DNA of 62,379 nt. Origin: Candidatus Micrarchaeota archaeon. Its GTDB lineage: Archaea; Micrarchaeota; Micrarchaeia; Anstonellales; Bilamarchaeaceae. Positions 35,052-43,944 of the stretch are shown in pieces (position 1 is the stretch's first letter; every line of letters starts with the position of its first letter). The notes under the pieces were generated by a model, which worked only from the letters and a program-made list of their open reading frames with translations, did not search any database and was not told where the DNA came from. The stretch is taken from contig JAUWMC010000001.1 in NCBI GenBank assembly GCA_030613375.1, positions 1 through 62,379 of the forward strand. The letters are read 5' to 3'. The position numbers were made by a program, and so were the translations under genes.

Positions 35052-36500
35052 ATGTTCATGGAGGGCCTCAAAAAGCACGGAATACGAATCGCTCTCGATG
35101 CAGAAGAGTTCATAACTCAGCATTCCATAACTGAATCTGAAATCATATCCATAAACAAAAAGTTTATCTCCAAAGAAGATCTGGGGCCCATTCTCAAAAA
35201 GAGGGAAGAGGAAAAAGATCTCAAGCCAGAGCCCAAAAAAGCAGAGGTTTCCCTCCCCGCAGACTTCAAGCCACTTGCAAAGGAATATGGTCCAGAAATA
35301 AAAGTTCGCGAGTCTCTGGATGTAACCGGAAAATCACGCACAGAAGGGGGTGTATCTGATTTTGTAAATTATTTCCGCAACCGATATGAACGACTTTCCG
35401 CCCTTCTCCGCACCTACAGCGGCAGATATCCAGAAGCAGATTTGGAAGGAATTTCCAAGCTCGTAGGGCAGAAGGTGCGTGTAATCGTAATGGTTTCCGA
35501 AATCCGTGAAACCAAAAAAGGAAACATTCTCCTTCAGGTGGAAGACCTTACCGGCCAATTCAAAATCGTTATTTCCCAAAGAGACGAAATCGCATTTACC
35601 AAGGCCAAAAACCTTGTAAACGATGAGGTAATTCTTGTTTATGGAAAAGTTCTTCCTGCCTTTATAGTTGCGGAGGACCTTGAATGGCCAGATCTCTCAG
35701 TAACCCGTGAAAAGAAAAAGCCCGAGCGAGACCTCGCAGCAGTTTACCTTTCCGATCTCCATTTTGGAAGCAAACAATTCCTTGGTGGATACTTCAATCG
35801 TTTCACAGACTGGATGAGTGGAAGGGGCGAAAACCAGGAGCTTGCAGGAAAAGTAAAGTATGTTTTTGTTGCAGGGGACATTGTAGATGGAATCGGAATT
35901 TACCCTAATCAGGAAAAAGACCTGGATATTGTGGATGTATTCAAGCAATACGAACTCTTTACTGATTTTGTGCAAGAACTTCCGGATTACGTGGAAGTAA
36001 TCGTATGTCCAGGAAACCACGATGCAGTAAGAAGAGCAGAGCCCATGCCCGCACTTTCAAAAGAAATCCTGAATTGCGATGTCCTAAGTTTAGGAAGCCC
36101 TTCCACACTCTGCGTTGAAAACTCCGAGCATCTTCTTTACCACGGAACTTCCGCAGATGGGTGGATTGCAACCCTTTCCCACCTGAGCTATGACAAGCCC
36201 GAAAAAGTTATGGTTGAATGCCTAAAGAGGCGTCACCTCTCCCCCATGTTTGGGGGAAATGCAATCGTTCCAGAAAAGATGGACTACCTAGTAATCGAAA
36301 AAGAGCCGGATATAGTCCATTTTGGACACGTGCACAAAAATGGATATACTCGCTACCGCGATTCCCTCATAATCAATTCTGGAACCTTCCAGGACACAAC
36401 AGAATTCCAGCAAAAGCAGGGACATATTCCCACCCCTGCAAAAGTTCCAATATATGAGTTTATGCACGACAAGTTGCGCACACTTGACTTCACACGGTGA
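35052..36500 (+). CDS. DNA polymerase II (PolD) small subunit DP1
   Basis: An OB-fold region is followed by the calcineurin-like phosphoesterase motifs 'YLSDLHFGS', 'FVAGDIVDG', 'CPGNHD' and 'HFGHVH'. It lies directly upstream of DP2. Confidence 0.9.
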   Translation: MFMEGLKKHGIRIALDAEEFITQHSITESEIISINKKFISKEDLGPILKKREEEKDLKPEPKKAEVSLPADFKPLAKEYGPEIKVRESLDVTGKSRTEGGVSDFVNYFRNRYERLSALLRTYSGRYPEADLEGISKLVGQKVRVIVMVSEIRETKKGNILLQVEDLTGQFKIVISQRDEIAFTKAKNLVNDEVILVYGKVLPAFIVAEDLEWPDLSVTREKKKPERDLAAVYLSDLHFGSKQFLGGYFNRFTDWMSGRGENQELAGKVKYVFVAGDIVDGIGIYPNQEKDLDIVDVFKQYELFTDFVQELPDYVEVIVCPGNHDAVRRAEPMPALSKEILNCDVLSLGSPSTLCVENSEHLLYHGTSADGWIATLSHLSYDKPEKVMVECLKRRHLSPMFGGNAIVPEKMDYLVIEKEPDIVHFGHVHKNGYTRYRDSLIINSGTFQDTTEFQQKQGHIPTPAKVPIYEFMHDKLRTLDFTR

Positions 36501-36504
36501 AAAG

Positions 36505-39500
36505 ATGGATTATTTCGAAACACTCAGGAAAGATCTGGACCGGGTTTATACCCTTGCCCAGGAGGCCCGCAGGCAGGGCCTTGACCCTGAGAATAAGGTC
36601 GAAATCCCAATCGCAAAGGATGTTGCCGCGCGCGTTGAAGGTCTTGTAGGCCCTCGTGGAATAGCTTCCATAATCCGTGATATGGAACAAGGAGGGATGT
36701 CCCGCCCGGAAATTGCATTCAACATTGCAGAAAAGCTTGCCTCAGGTGAAATACTCCAAGGAGACAAGCGCACTCTTATCGAGCAGGCAATTCGCACAAG
36801 CGTAGGAATCCTCACCGAAGGAGTCCTCGTAGCTCCAACAGAAGGAATCGCAGATGTCCAGATAAACCAAAATCCAGATGGAAGCGATTACGTTTCAGTA
36901 TTATTTGCAGGCCCAATTCGAAGTGCGGGCGGAACCGTTGCAGCACTCAGCGTTGCTCTCGCAGACCATGCCCGCAAGAAAGCAGGAATAGGGGATTTCC
37001 GCCCCACAGAGACTGAGATCGCCCGCTATGTGGAAGAAGTAAATGTTTATGAGCACAGGTGTGTGCATCTTCAGTACAAGCCTCCGGATGAGCATGTTGC
37101 GCACATAATCCGCAATTGTCCGGTATGCATAGATGGCGATCCCACAGAAGAAGTTGAGGTTTCAGTGCATAGGGACCTGGAGCGCATAAAGAGCAACCGC
37201 ATCCGCGGAGGCGTGGCCCTTGTTACCTGTGAAGGAATTGCTGCAAAGGCACCCAAAGTGCTCAAGTTCACCAAAAAATTCGGCTTAGGGTGGGACTGGC
37301 TCCAGGAAGTAATCAAGGTAAAGAAAAAAGCCGACAAGGTTGAAATCAAGCCCGACCTTTCATATCTTGAAGGCCTTGTTGCAGGCCGTCCAGTATTTTC
37401 CTACCCCATGGAAAAAGGAGGATTCCGCCTCAGATACGGCCGCAGCCGCACCAATGGAATAATGGGCAGGAATGTTCATCCTGCTACTATGTACCTCCTT
37501 GATTCTTTTGCTGCAAACGGTACCCACGTAAAAGTGGAGCGCCCGGGAAAAGGAGCAATACTAACAGCATGCGACTCAATTGAAGGCCCGGTTGTAAAGC
37601 TCAAGGATGGCTCAGTTGTAAAAGTGAAAACTAGCCAACAGGCAGAAGAACTCCATGATGATGTGGAACAAGTTCTCTTTATAGGAGACATGCTCGTCAC
37701 TTATGGGGATTTCTACAAAACTAACCATCCAATGATGCCTGCAGGTTATTGCCTGGAATGGTGGGTGCAGGAAGCCCAGGAAGCTGGTATTGAAAATCCG
37801 CCCGAAACCCCTTCCGCAAAAGAAGCCTTCGAGCTTTCCAGAAAAAACAAAGCACCACTTCACCCGGATCACACTTACCCCTGGAATGATTCAAGCAATG
37901 AAAAGCTCCTCGCCCTTTCCACATCCCTCTCAGAAGGAATAATGAAGTTAGATGGAGGGGAAATTGTGGGTCTAGAACTTCCAACATTAGATGGAAAGGA
38001 AATCCTTGAAGAGCTCTTAGTAGAGCACAAGGTTTTGGATTCCAAAATCCTTTTTGATGGGGACTCTGCATTCACCCTCCTTTCTTCCTTTGGAATGCTC
38101 TCAGGAAGGGAAATCTCCCCACCCCCCCAGCTGAATGATGAACTCACTCCTCTCGAAAACATTAATTCCCTTTCCGAAATCACAATCAGAAACAAAAACC
38201 CCACATACATAGGCGCAAGGATGGGAAGACCTGAAAAAGCCAGGGAAAGAATGATGGATGGCCGTCCCCACGTGCTCTTTCCTACTGCAACCATGAAGGA
38301 TCGCAGCATTACTAAACGCTACAAAAGCCTCAAGGCAAGGGAAAAAGAACGCTCCATAAACGCTGATATCGCCCGTTACAAATGCACAGGATGCGGCATC
38401 ACCACGTTCTATGCACGCTGTCACTCTTGTGGAGAGGTTGCAAAGCAGGAACGAATCTGCCAGAAGTGCAGCGCAGTAACTACGGAAAAAGAACACTGCG
38501 AAATGCCCACACTCTTTCACGACCGCCGTCCGGTCCCGCTTGTAGAGATGTACGAAGCTGTAAAGAGCGAGCTCGGGTTTGCCCCTCCAGAAGTACGCGG
38601 CGTAAAAGGAATGATTAGCATGAACAAGATTCCAGAACGCCTGGAAAAGGGTTTCCTCCGTGCAAAGCACGACGTATATGTATTCAGGGACGGAACTTGT
38701 AGGTTCGATGCTACGGATGCCCCAATGACCCATTTCCGCATTTCCGAAATCGGGCAAACTCCCGAAGGAATCAGAAAACTTGGGTATACTCAGGATCACA
38801 AGGGAAAGCCCATAACAACCGCAGACCAGGTAATCGCGCTTAACTGCCAGGACATCATTATCGCCTCATCAGGAATGGACTACATGGCCAGGATGACGGA
38901 CTTTATGGATGATCTTCTTGTAAACCTTTATGGAATGAAGCCATTCTACGAAGTTCAAAATCGTGAGGATCTTTTCGGCCATTTAGTTGTGGGCCTTTCC
39001 CCGCACACTTCCGGAGGTGTTCTTGGCCGCATAATCGGATACACAGATGCAAACGTATGCTATGCCCACCCCTATTTCCATACTGCAAAGCGCCGAAACT
39101 GTGACGGTGACGAAGATACAATAATACTTTTGCTTGATTGTCTCATCAACTTCTCCCGAGCCTACCTTTCCAACCGGAGAGGGGGCACAATGGATGCACC
39201 CCTTACGATTACTCCTCAGATAAACCCGAATGAAGTGGATGATGAAGTGCATTGTATGGAAGTATTGAACAAGTATCCTTTGGAATTCTACCGCGCCTGC
39301 GAGCGCAACGTATTCCCAGGAGAAATCAAACTTAAAACAGTACAAGATCTTCTTGGGAAGGATGAAGAGTATGGAGATCTAGGATTTACTCATGATACTG
39401 AAACAATAAACGATGGCCCGATGCGGACAAGTTACGTAACTTTAGGTTCAATTCCAGAAAAAATCAAAGCAGAATTCGAGCTCCACGAAAAACTTAGGCC

Positions 39501-39846
39501 CGTGAATATGCAAAATGCTGCAGAGCGTTTAATCCTGAGCCACTTTATTCCAGACCTCTACGGAAATTTGCGCTCTTATTCCAGGCAGACCTTCCGCTGT
39601 GTAGGTTGCAATACAATCTTCAGAAGAACCCCGCTTTCAGGAAAATGTACCCATTGTGGAGGAAAACTCACCCTTACTATCCACAAAGGAGGCATAATGA
39701 AATACCTTGAAATCTCCAAGCGCATGGTTGAAGAGTACTCCCTTCCTCTCTACTTAGGCCAGAGGCTCGAGCTCCTTGAAAAGGAAATCGGAAGCATCTT
39801 TGAAGATGAGAAAATCAAGCAGACTGGTCTTTCTGATTTTATGTGA
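36505..39846 (+). CDS. DNA polymerase II (PolD) large subunit DP2
   Basis: 'MDYFETL......A...GLDP...VEIP.A.D.A.RVEGLVGP', 'LFAGPIRSAGGT' and Cys clusters (CTGCG...CHSCG; CVGCN...CTHCGG) are present. At 1113 aa there is no room for an intein. GGTGA SD precedes the ATG. Confidence 0.92.
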   Translation: MDYFETLRKDLDRVYTLAQEARRQGLDPENKVEIPIAKDVAARVEGLVGPRGIASIIRDMEQGGMSRPEIAFNIAEKLASGEILQGDKRTLIEQAIRTSVGILTEGVLVAPTEGIADVQINQNPDGSDYVSVLFAGPIRSAGGTVAALSVALADHARKKAGIGDFRPTETEIARYVEEVNVYEHRCVHLQYKPPDEHVAHIIRNCPVCIDGDPTEEVEVSVHRDLERIKSNRIRGGVALVTCEGIAAKAPKVLKFTKKFGLGWDWLQEVIKVKKKADKVEIKPDLSYLEGLVAGRPVFSYPMEKGGFRLRYGRSRTNGIMGRNVHPATMYLLDSFAANGTHVKVERPGKGAILTACDSIEGPVVKLKDGSVVKVKTSQQAEELHDDVEQVLFIGDMLVTYGDFYKTNHPMMPAGYCLEWWVQEAQEAGIENPPETPSAKEAFELSRKNKAPLHPDHTYPWNDSSNEKLLALSTSLSEGIMKLDGGEIVGLELPTLDGKEILEELLVEHKVLDSKILFDGDSAFTLLSSFGMLSGREISPPPQLNDELTPLENINSLSEITIRNKNPTYIGARMGRPEKARERMMDGRPHVLFPTATMKDRSITKRYKSLKAREKERSINADIARYKCTGCGITTFYARCHSCGEVAKQERICQKCSAVTTEKEHCEMPTLFHDRRPVPLVEMYEAVKSELGFAPPEVRGVKGMISMNKIPERLEKGFLRAKHDVYVFRDGTCRFDATDAPMTHFRISEIGQTPEGIRKLGYTQDHKGKPITTADQVIALNCQDIIIASSGMDYMARMTDFMDDLLVNLYGMKPFYEVQNREDLFGHLVVGLSPHTSGGVLGRIIGYTDANVCYAHPYFHTAKRRNCDGDEDTIILLLDCLINFSRAYLSNRRGGTMDAPLTITPQINPNEVDDEVHCMEVLNKYPLEFYRACERNVFPGEIKLKTVQDLLGKDEEYGDLGFTHDTETINDGPMRTSYVTLGSIPEKIKAEFELHEKLRPVNMQNAAERLILSHFIPDLYGNLRSYSRQTFRCVGCNTIFRRTPLSGKCTHCGGKLTLTIHKGGIMKYLEISKRMVEEYSLPLYLGQRLELLEKEIGSIFEDEKIKQTGLSDFM

Positions 39847-39901
39847 TCAATCGCTAATTGTAGAAGAATAAGAAAAAGAGAAAAAGAAAAAATTAAGGAA
39901 T

Positions 39902-40342
39902 TTATACGTATTTCCTTGCCATCGGTCCGATGTATGGAAGCTCATATTCCTCTCCATTGAATGCTTTGTATGCACAATAGAGGGCCGCTACACATGCAAC
40001 AAGCCAAATCGCAATTCCTGCAAGTCCGAATACGCATGCAAGCACTCCAATTACGGGAATGAAGCCTACAATCGTGCTGATAATGAAGAGCACAACAGCG
40101 ACAACGAATGTCCCTACCCAGAGAAGAATTGACTGCATTGAGTGGAACCTCAGAGACTTGTCATCCTTCTTAACTAGGTACATAATAATTGCGATCAGCC
40201 CGATAATATAACCCACAGCTGCCAGAAGGTTGCTTTCACTGGCTCCTCCGGAGGAAGCCGCTGGTTTACTTTCCACTGGCTTCTTTTCCACAGGCTTTTC
40301 TGCAGGCGTCTCGGCTTTAGTTTCAGTTTTCTTTTCAGCCAT
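39902..40342 (-). CDS. DUF4870-like small membrane protein
   Basis: The start is taken at MAEKK (40342). A Lys/Pro/Glu-rich N-terminus is followed by 'LLAAVGYIIGLIAIIMYLVKKDDKSLRFHSMQSILLW' and 3 further TM helices. Confidence 0.6.
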   Translation of the reverse strand: MAEKKTETKAETPAEKPVEKKPVESKPAASSGGASESNLLAAVGYIIGLIAIIMYLVKKDDKSLRFHSMQSILLWVGTFVVAVVLFIISTIVGFIPVIGVLACVFGLAGIAIWLVACVAALYCAYKAFNGEEYELPYIGPMARKYV

Positions 40343-40436
40343 TAAACCACCATTATTCGAACCTACATAGTGCAGGATGTTTTTAAATGTTTTCCAGTTT
40401 CCCTCTTTCCTCTGTCCGGAGCCATATAAGGAAACA

Positions 40437-40446
40437 TTTATATTTA
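40437..40446 (+). promoter_or_regulatory. TATA box for the leaderless giant ORF
   Basis: TTTATATTTA is centred ~26 nt upstream of ATG 40467. No SD is present. Confidence 0.5.
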
Positions 40447-40466
40447 TCAACAGTCGCAATTTATTC

Positions 40467-43400
40467 ATGCAGTCTACGGCTACCCTCCGCAAAAAGAAAA
40501 AACCAGGAAGCAAGCTTGAGGGCGTAGTTGCATCACGAACAGAGTTTCCCCCTATCGTAAGCGAAGTAACGGACCATACAATCGCAGAGCTAGAAACTGC
40601 AGTAGCCCTTCTTGAAGGATCAATCGGCCCTGATCTTTTGGATGATGCATACCTCATTATACTTGGAAATGAGCCCTCACTCCTAAGCAAAGAATTCCTG
40701 GAGTTTAAAAAAGGCTCAGAGGTGATCCCCCTCCCTCCAAAAGGCGAGGAAATCCGTGGTTATCTGGAAATGTACTCAAAGCAAAGGCAGGACATTATGG
40801 AAAAGCAGATTGCAGGGGAAAAAACTAAGGAGGAACCATCATTTCTAAACATTGAAATTCTAGAGGATAAGGGCCTGTTGATAATCACCAACACGCGTTA
40901 CATCCCTCCGGGCATCAGGGAAAAGGCAAAAAATCTAGCCCCTCTTTTGGAGAAGATACTTTCTTCAGGAAACGAGGAACAGATTCTTACGGCATTCAGC
41001 TGCTGGGAGGAACTCAAGTTTTCCATGGAGCAGCACTCATATTATAAAGCCAGGGTCGGGACAGAAATATCTAGGAACAAGGTAGCTTTTGCAGAGGTCA
41101 CGGCAGAGATCTCTGAAACATATGGCAAAATAGCAGAAGAAATGATTAACAGGCTTACCGACCTTGCAGAAGGCAGACAAATTTCTCAGATTTCCACGCT
41201 TGCCACTTCCTCGTTGCAGACAAAGCTGACGAATTTGAAGGGAAAGGCTGCAGATATGCAAATGGAGAGTGCCACACGCAAATTCACAGGGATAGATGCA
41301 ATCGAGCGCATAGAACGGGGGATCGAGTTTGGCTTGTATTCCAATGTGGAAATTGTGATGTACAAGCAGATTGCAGGGGAACTGAAAGCAGCGCTTGGCA
41401 GGGTAAAAGGGTTCTCTAAAACCGCACTCGACCGCATCAGCCTGGACGGATACGAGGGCCTTGCAGGCTGGCAGAAAAAGGAAGTTGAACGCTCAATAGG
41501 CCTTGTAGCCCACCTTGAATGCATCGCATGGAAAATAGACCTGAAAGACAGGGTAAGTGCATTGAAGGGAAAGATGCCCGCCAACCGCAATGTGCCCAGT
41601 ATAGGCAGGCTGATTGCATCACAGCACATTCCCATGAACCAGCTCACGGTTCAGTCCAGGAAAGAAATGATGCTCTTAGGGAAACGCGCAAAAGAGCACT
41701 TTTCTTACCTTAAATCATTCATATACCATGCAGGAGATCTAACCAAAGAAGAAAAGGAAAAATATACTGCAAAGCTTGACCAGATGTCCAAAAACATCAC
41801 AAAGTTCCAGCTTCCAGGGGAATTTTCCACAACTTCCAAGAAACTTACCACGGCGCTTGAGGGAGTAGAGCAGGTCCTTGGGGAGCGCCATTTGGAACGT
41901 GTTGCAGAGGATGAGCAGAACCCCTGGAATGTACGCACCTCAGCTTACACTAAGCTTTATGTGCTAAGGCACAGCCTTGAGATAATCGGAGCAACCACTG
42001 CAATCGGTGGGGTTGCAGGAGGAATAAGTTCACGGAGCCCTGCAGGCGCATGGGCCGGAGCCAAGGTAGGAGCAGGAGCCGGAAGCCTGATTGTTGCTGC
42101 AGCAGGCGCATTTGTAACCGGGGATGCAATGTACCGCTACTTCTCAGGAACAGGAGACCTGGAACAGGCAGTTGAAGATATGCGTCTCGGTGCCACATAT
42201 ATGCTCTTTGGGCTTGGAGGGGGTCCGATAGCCGCGATAAGCACTCCCATAAAACTCATTGCAGGAGGCGGTGCAGCGCTTGCAAACACCCTACTTATGT
42301 GGGAAGACATAAAACGGGGCAACTACTGGGAGATTCCTGCAGACGTTGCCTATATGGCAATTGGGGGCGTTGCATTCTTCCGTGTTGCAGGGGGTGTTCT
42401 GATGGCAACTCGCCTTGCGAAACCCCTCAAGTCCGCAATGGTAATCGTAAACTCATCCGGGGTTGCCCGCATTTCATTAAAGGGGCTAAAGAAGCTGGAA
42501 ACCATCAGCACCCGCGCACTAAAAGTAGGATATACTCCTACCTGGATTGGTCTGAATGCCGCGTTTGGAGGCCTTTCCCAGTGGCACAACATCTCAACCG
42601 CAATAGAAAATGGAAATTATGGAATTGCATTTAGCTACCTGAACCGTGGCTTTGCTGAAGTTACCCGTGGAATGGTAGGATTTGATTTTGCACTCTTTGG
42701 GGTTGCAGGCTCCACTCTGAAAGCAGGCGCAGCTCCTGTTGCCCGATACTTCCGTGTAGCAGTTCCCGCTGCACAGGCAAGAGCAGTTAATCTCTTGAGT
42801 GCCGAAGGCCTTTACGAACGTGTTTCTGATCTTGCGCGCAAAGCAGGCGCCAAGACCTTCCAGCCTAAAACCAATGCACAGCTTCTTGAGCTTGCATTTG
42901 CAAGCGAAGGGAGGGTTTCTGCAGAATTCGTGCAGGCTACGCTTGGCCTGGAAAGCCGTGCAGCTGCCCACACCATTTCCACTGAGATAAACACTAGCTG
43001 GCGCCTCGCAAGGAGGATTCTTGCAAAAGGTAAGGCCGCAGGAAAGATCGCATGGAACAAGGTTGGAAGAAACATGAAGCGGATTGCAAAAACCCGCGCA
43101 GCAAGGCTTGCTGCACATGGAGCAAAGGGAGCAGTGCTTATTGGTGCAGTTGGCTACATGGAATTCGAGAATATTGAATCCCGGAAACTTGCAACAGAAC
43201 TGAACAACCTGATGAATAAGAGTGAAGCACAATTCCTCAATTACCTTCTTGCTTCCCCCCATCCTGAATTCGGAACTTCCCAGCTTGAGATGGCAAAAGT
43301 TGTAAATGCAATGAGCCTGGTCAATTCAATATCAGATGATGTTGATGATGGGGTGCACCCGCTTGCACTTCAGCTCGAGCTTGGAGGGGATATTGAAAAA

Positions 43401-43898
43401 AGAAAGCGCCTCCTGCTTTCCGGGGCAATTTCCCTGATGATGGAGGGGCATGAAGTTACTGATGAAAACCTTTCTTCCATTATCTCCGAAATGGACAGCC
43501 TTTTCACTAGAACCGGAATCGAGCTGAAGGTGCATACCCCCACCGGGACCCTTGCGCTTATGGGTTCAATCCTGCTGCAGGAAGGCCCAGACCAGTTCGC
43601 AGAAGCATATGCTTCTATGTCCAGGAATACTTCAGAGCCGCAATATCTGGACTACATGGTTTCCTCATATTACTGTGCTTCAACATTAGGGAGAAGCACG
43701 AACTGGGCTTCAGATGTTTCCTTTGAAGTGTTCCAGGCACTTATAGAGAATGACATGGAGGGCAAGGTGCTCGGATGGCCTCTTGTACGGACATTCCAGG
43801 CGCTGGAAGGACGTGCACATTCCCCTGAGCGGATAGTTGCTGCTGCGAAAAGGGCAATATGGGAAGGGAGGACAGGAGCCTTTGCAAGAGAGGAATAA
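40467..43898 (+). CDS. giant hypothetical protein (1143 aa): helical N-terminal half, Gly/Ala-rich multi-TM core, helical C-terminal region
   Basis: Uninterrupted ORF with no catalytic or known domain motif recognised. The antisense track ORFs within it are low-complexity shadows. Confidence 0.7.
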   Translation: MQSTATLRKKKKPGSKLEGVVASRTEFPPIVSEVTDHTIAELETAVALLEGSIGPDLLDDAYLIILGNEPSLLSKEFLEFKKGSEVIPLPPKGEEIRGYLEMYSKQRQDIMEKQIAGEKTKEEPSFLNIEILEDKGLLIITNTRYIPPGIREKAKNLAPLLEKILSSGNEEQILTAFSCWEELKFSMEQHSYYKARVGTEISRNKVAFAEVTAEISETYGKIAEEMINRLTDLAEGRQISQISTLATSSLQTKLTNLKGKAADMQMESATRKFTGIDAIERIERGIEFGLYSNVEIVMYKQIAGELKAALGRVKGFSKTALDRISLDGYEGLAGWQKKEVERSIGLVAHLECIAWKIDLKDRVSALKGKMPANRNVPSIGRLIASQHIPMNQLTVQSRKEMMLLGKRAKEHFSYLKSFIYHAGDLTKEEKEKYTAKLDQMSKNITKFQLPGEFSTTSKKLTTALEGVEQVLGERHLERVAEDEQNPWNVRTSAYTKLYVLRHSLEIIGATTAIGGVAGGISSRSPAGAWAGAKVGAGAGSLIVAAAGAFVTGDAMYRYFSGTGDLEQAVEDMRLGATYMLFGLGGGPIAAISTPIKLIAGGGAALANTLLMWEDIKRGNYWEIPADVAYMAIGGVAFFRVAGGVLMATRLAKPLKSAMVIVNSSGVARISLKGLKKLETISTRALKVGYTPTWIGLNAAFGGLSQWHNISTAIENGNYGIAFSYLNRGFAEVTRGMVGFDFALFGVAGSTLKAGAAPVARYFRVAVPAAQARAVNLLSAEGLYERVSDLARKAGAKTFQPKTNAQLLELAFASEGRVSAEFVQATLGLESRAAAHTISTEINTSWRLARRILAKGKAAGKIAWNKVGRNMKRIAKTRAARLAAHGAKGAVLIGAVGYMEFENIESRKLATELNNLMNKSEAQFLNYLLASPHPEFGTSQLEMAKVVNAMSLVNSISDDVDDGVHPLALQLELGGDIEKRKRLLLSGAISLMMEGHEVTDENLSSIISEMDSLFTRTGIELKVHTPTGTLALMGSILLQEGPDQFAEAYASMSRNTSEPQYLDYMVSSYYCASTLGRSTNWASDVSFEVFQALIENDMEGKVLGWPLVRTFQALEGRAHSPERIVAAAKRAIWEGRTGAFAREE

Positions 43899-43944
43899 TT
43901 TATAAATAATTAATGACGCAATACTATTGACTGATGGTGAAATA

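Noticed and set aside
38101-38799. 232-aa minus-strand ORF, and similar antisense ORFs (8874-9437, 42594-43262, 55434-56030, 43710-44183)
   Set aside because: Each is antisense to a gene with strong family motifs or to the long giant ORFs. The translations are Cys/Phe/Ser-rich and low in complexity.
36505-39846. Intein in the PolD large subunit
   Set aside because: The length (1113 aa) is that of an intein-free DP2, and no Cys/Ser...HN-Cys/Ser/Thr splice-junction block or extra domain is seen.
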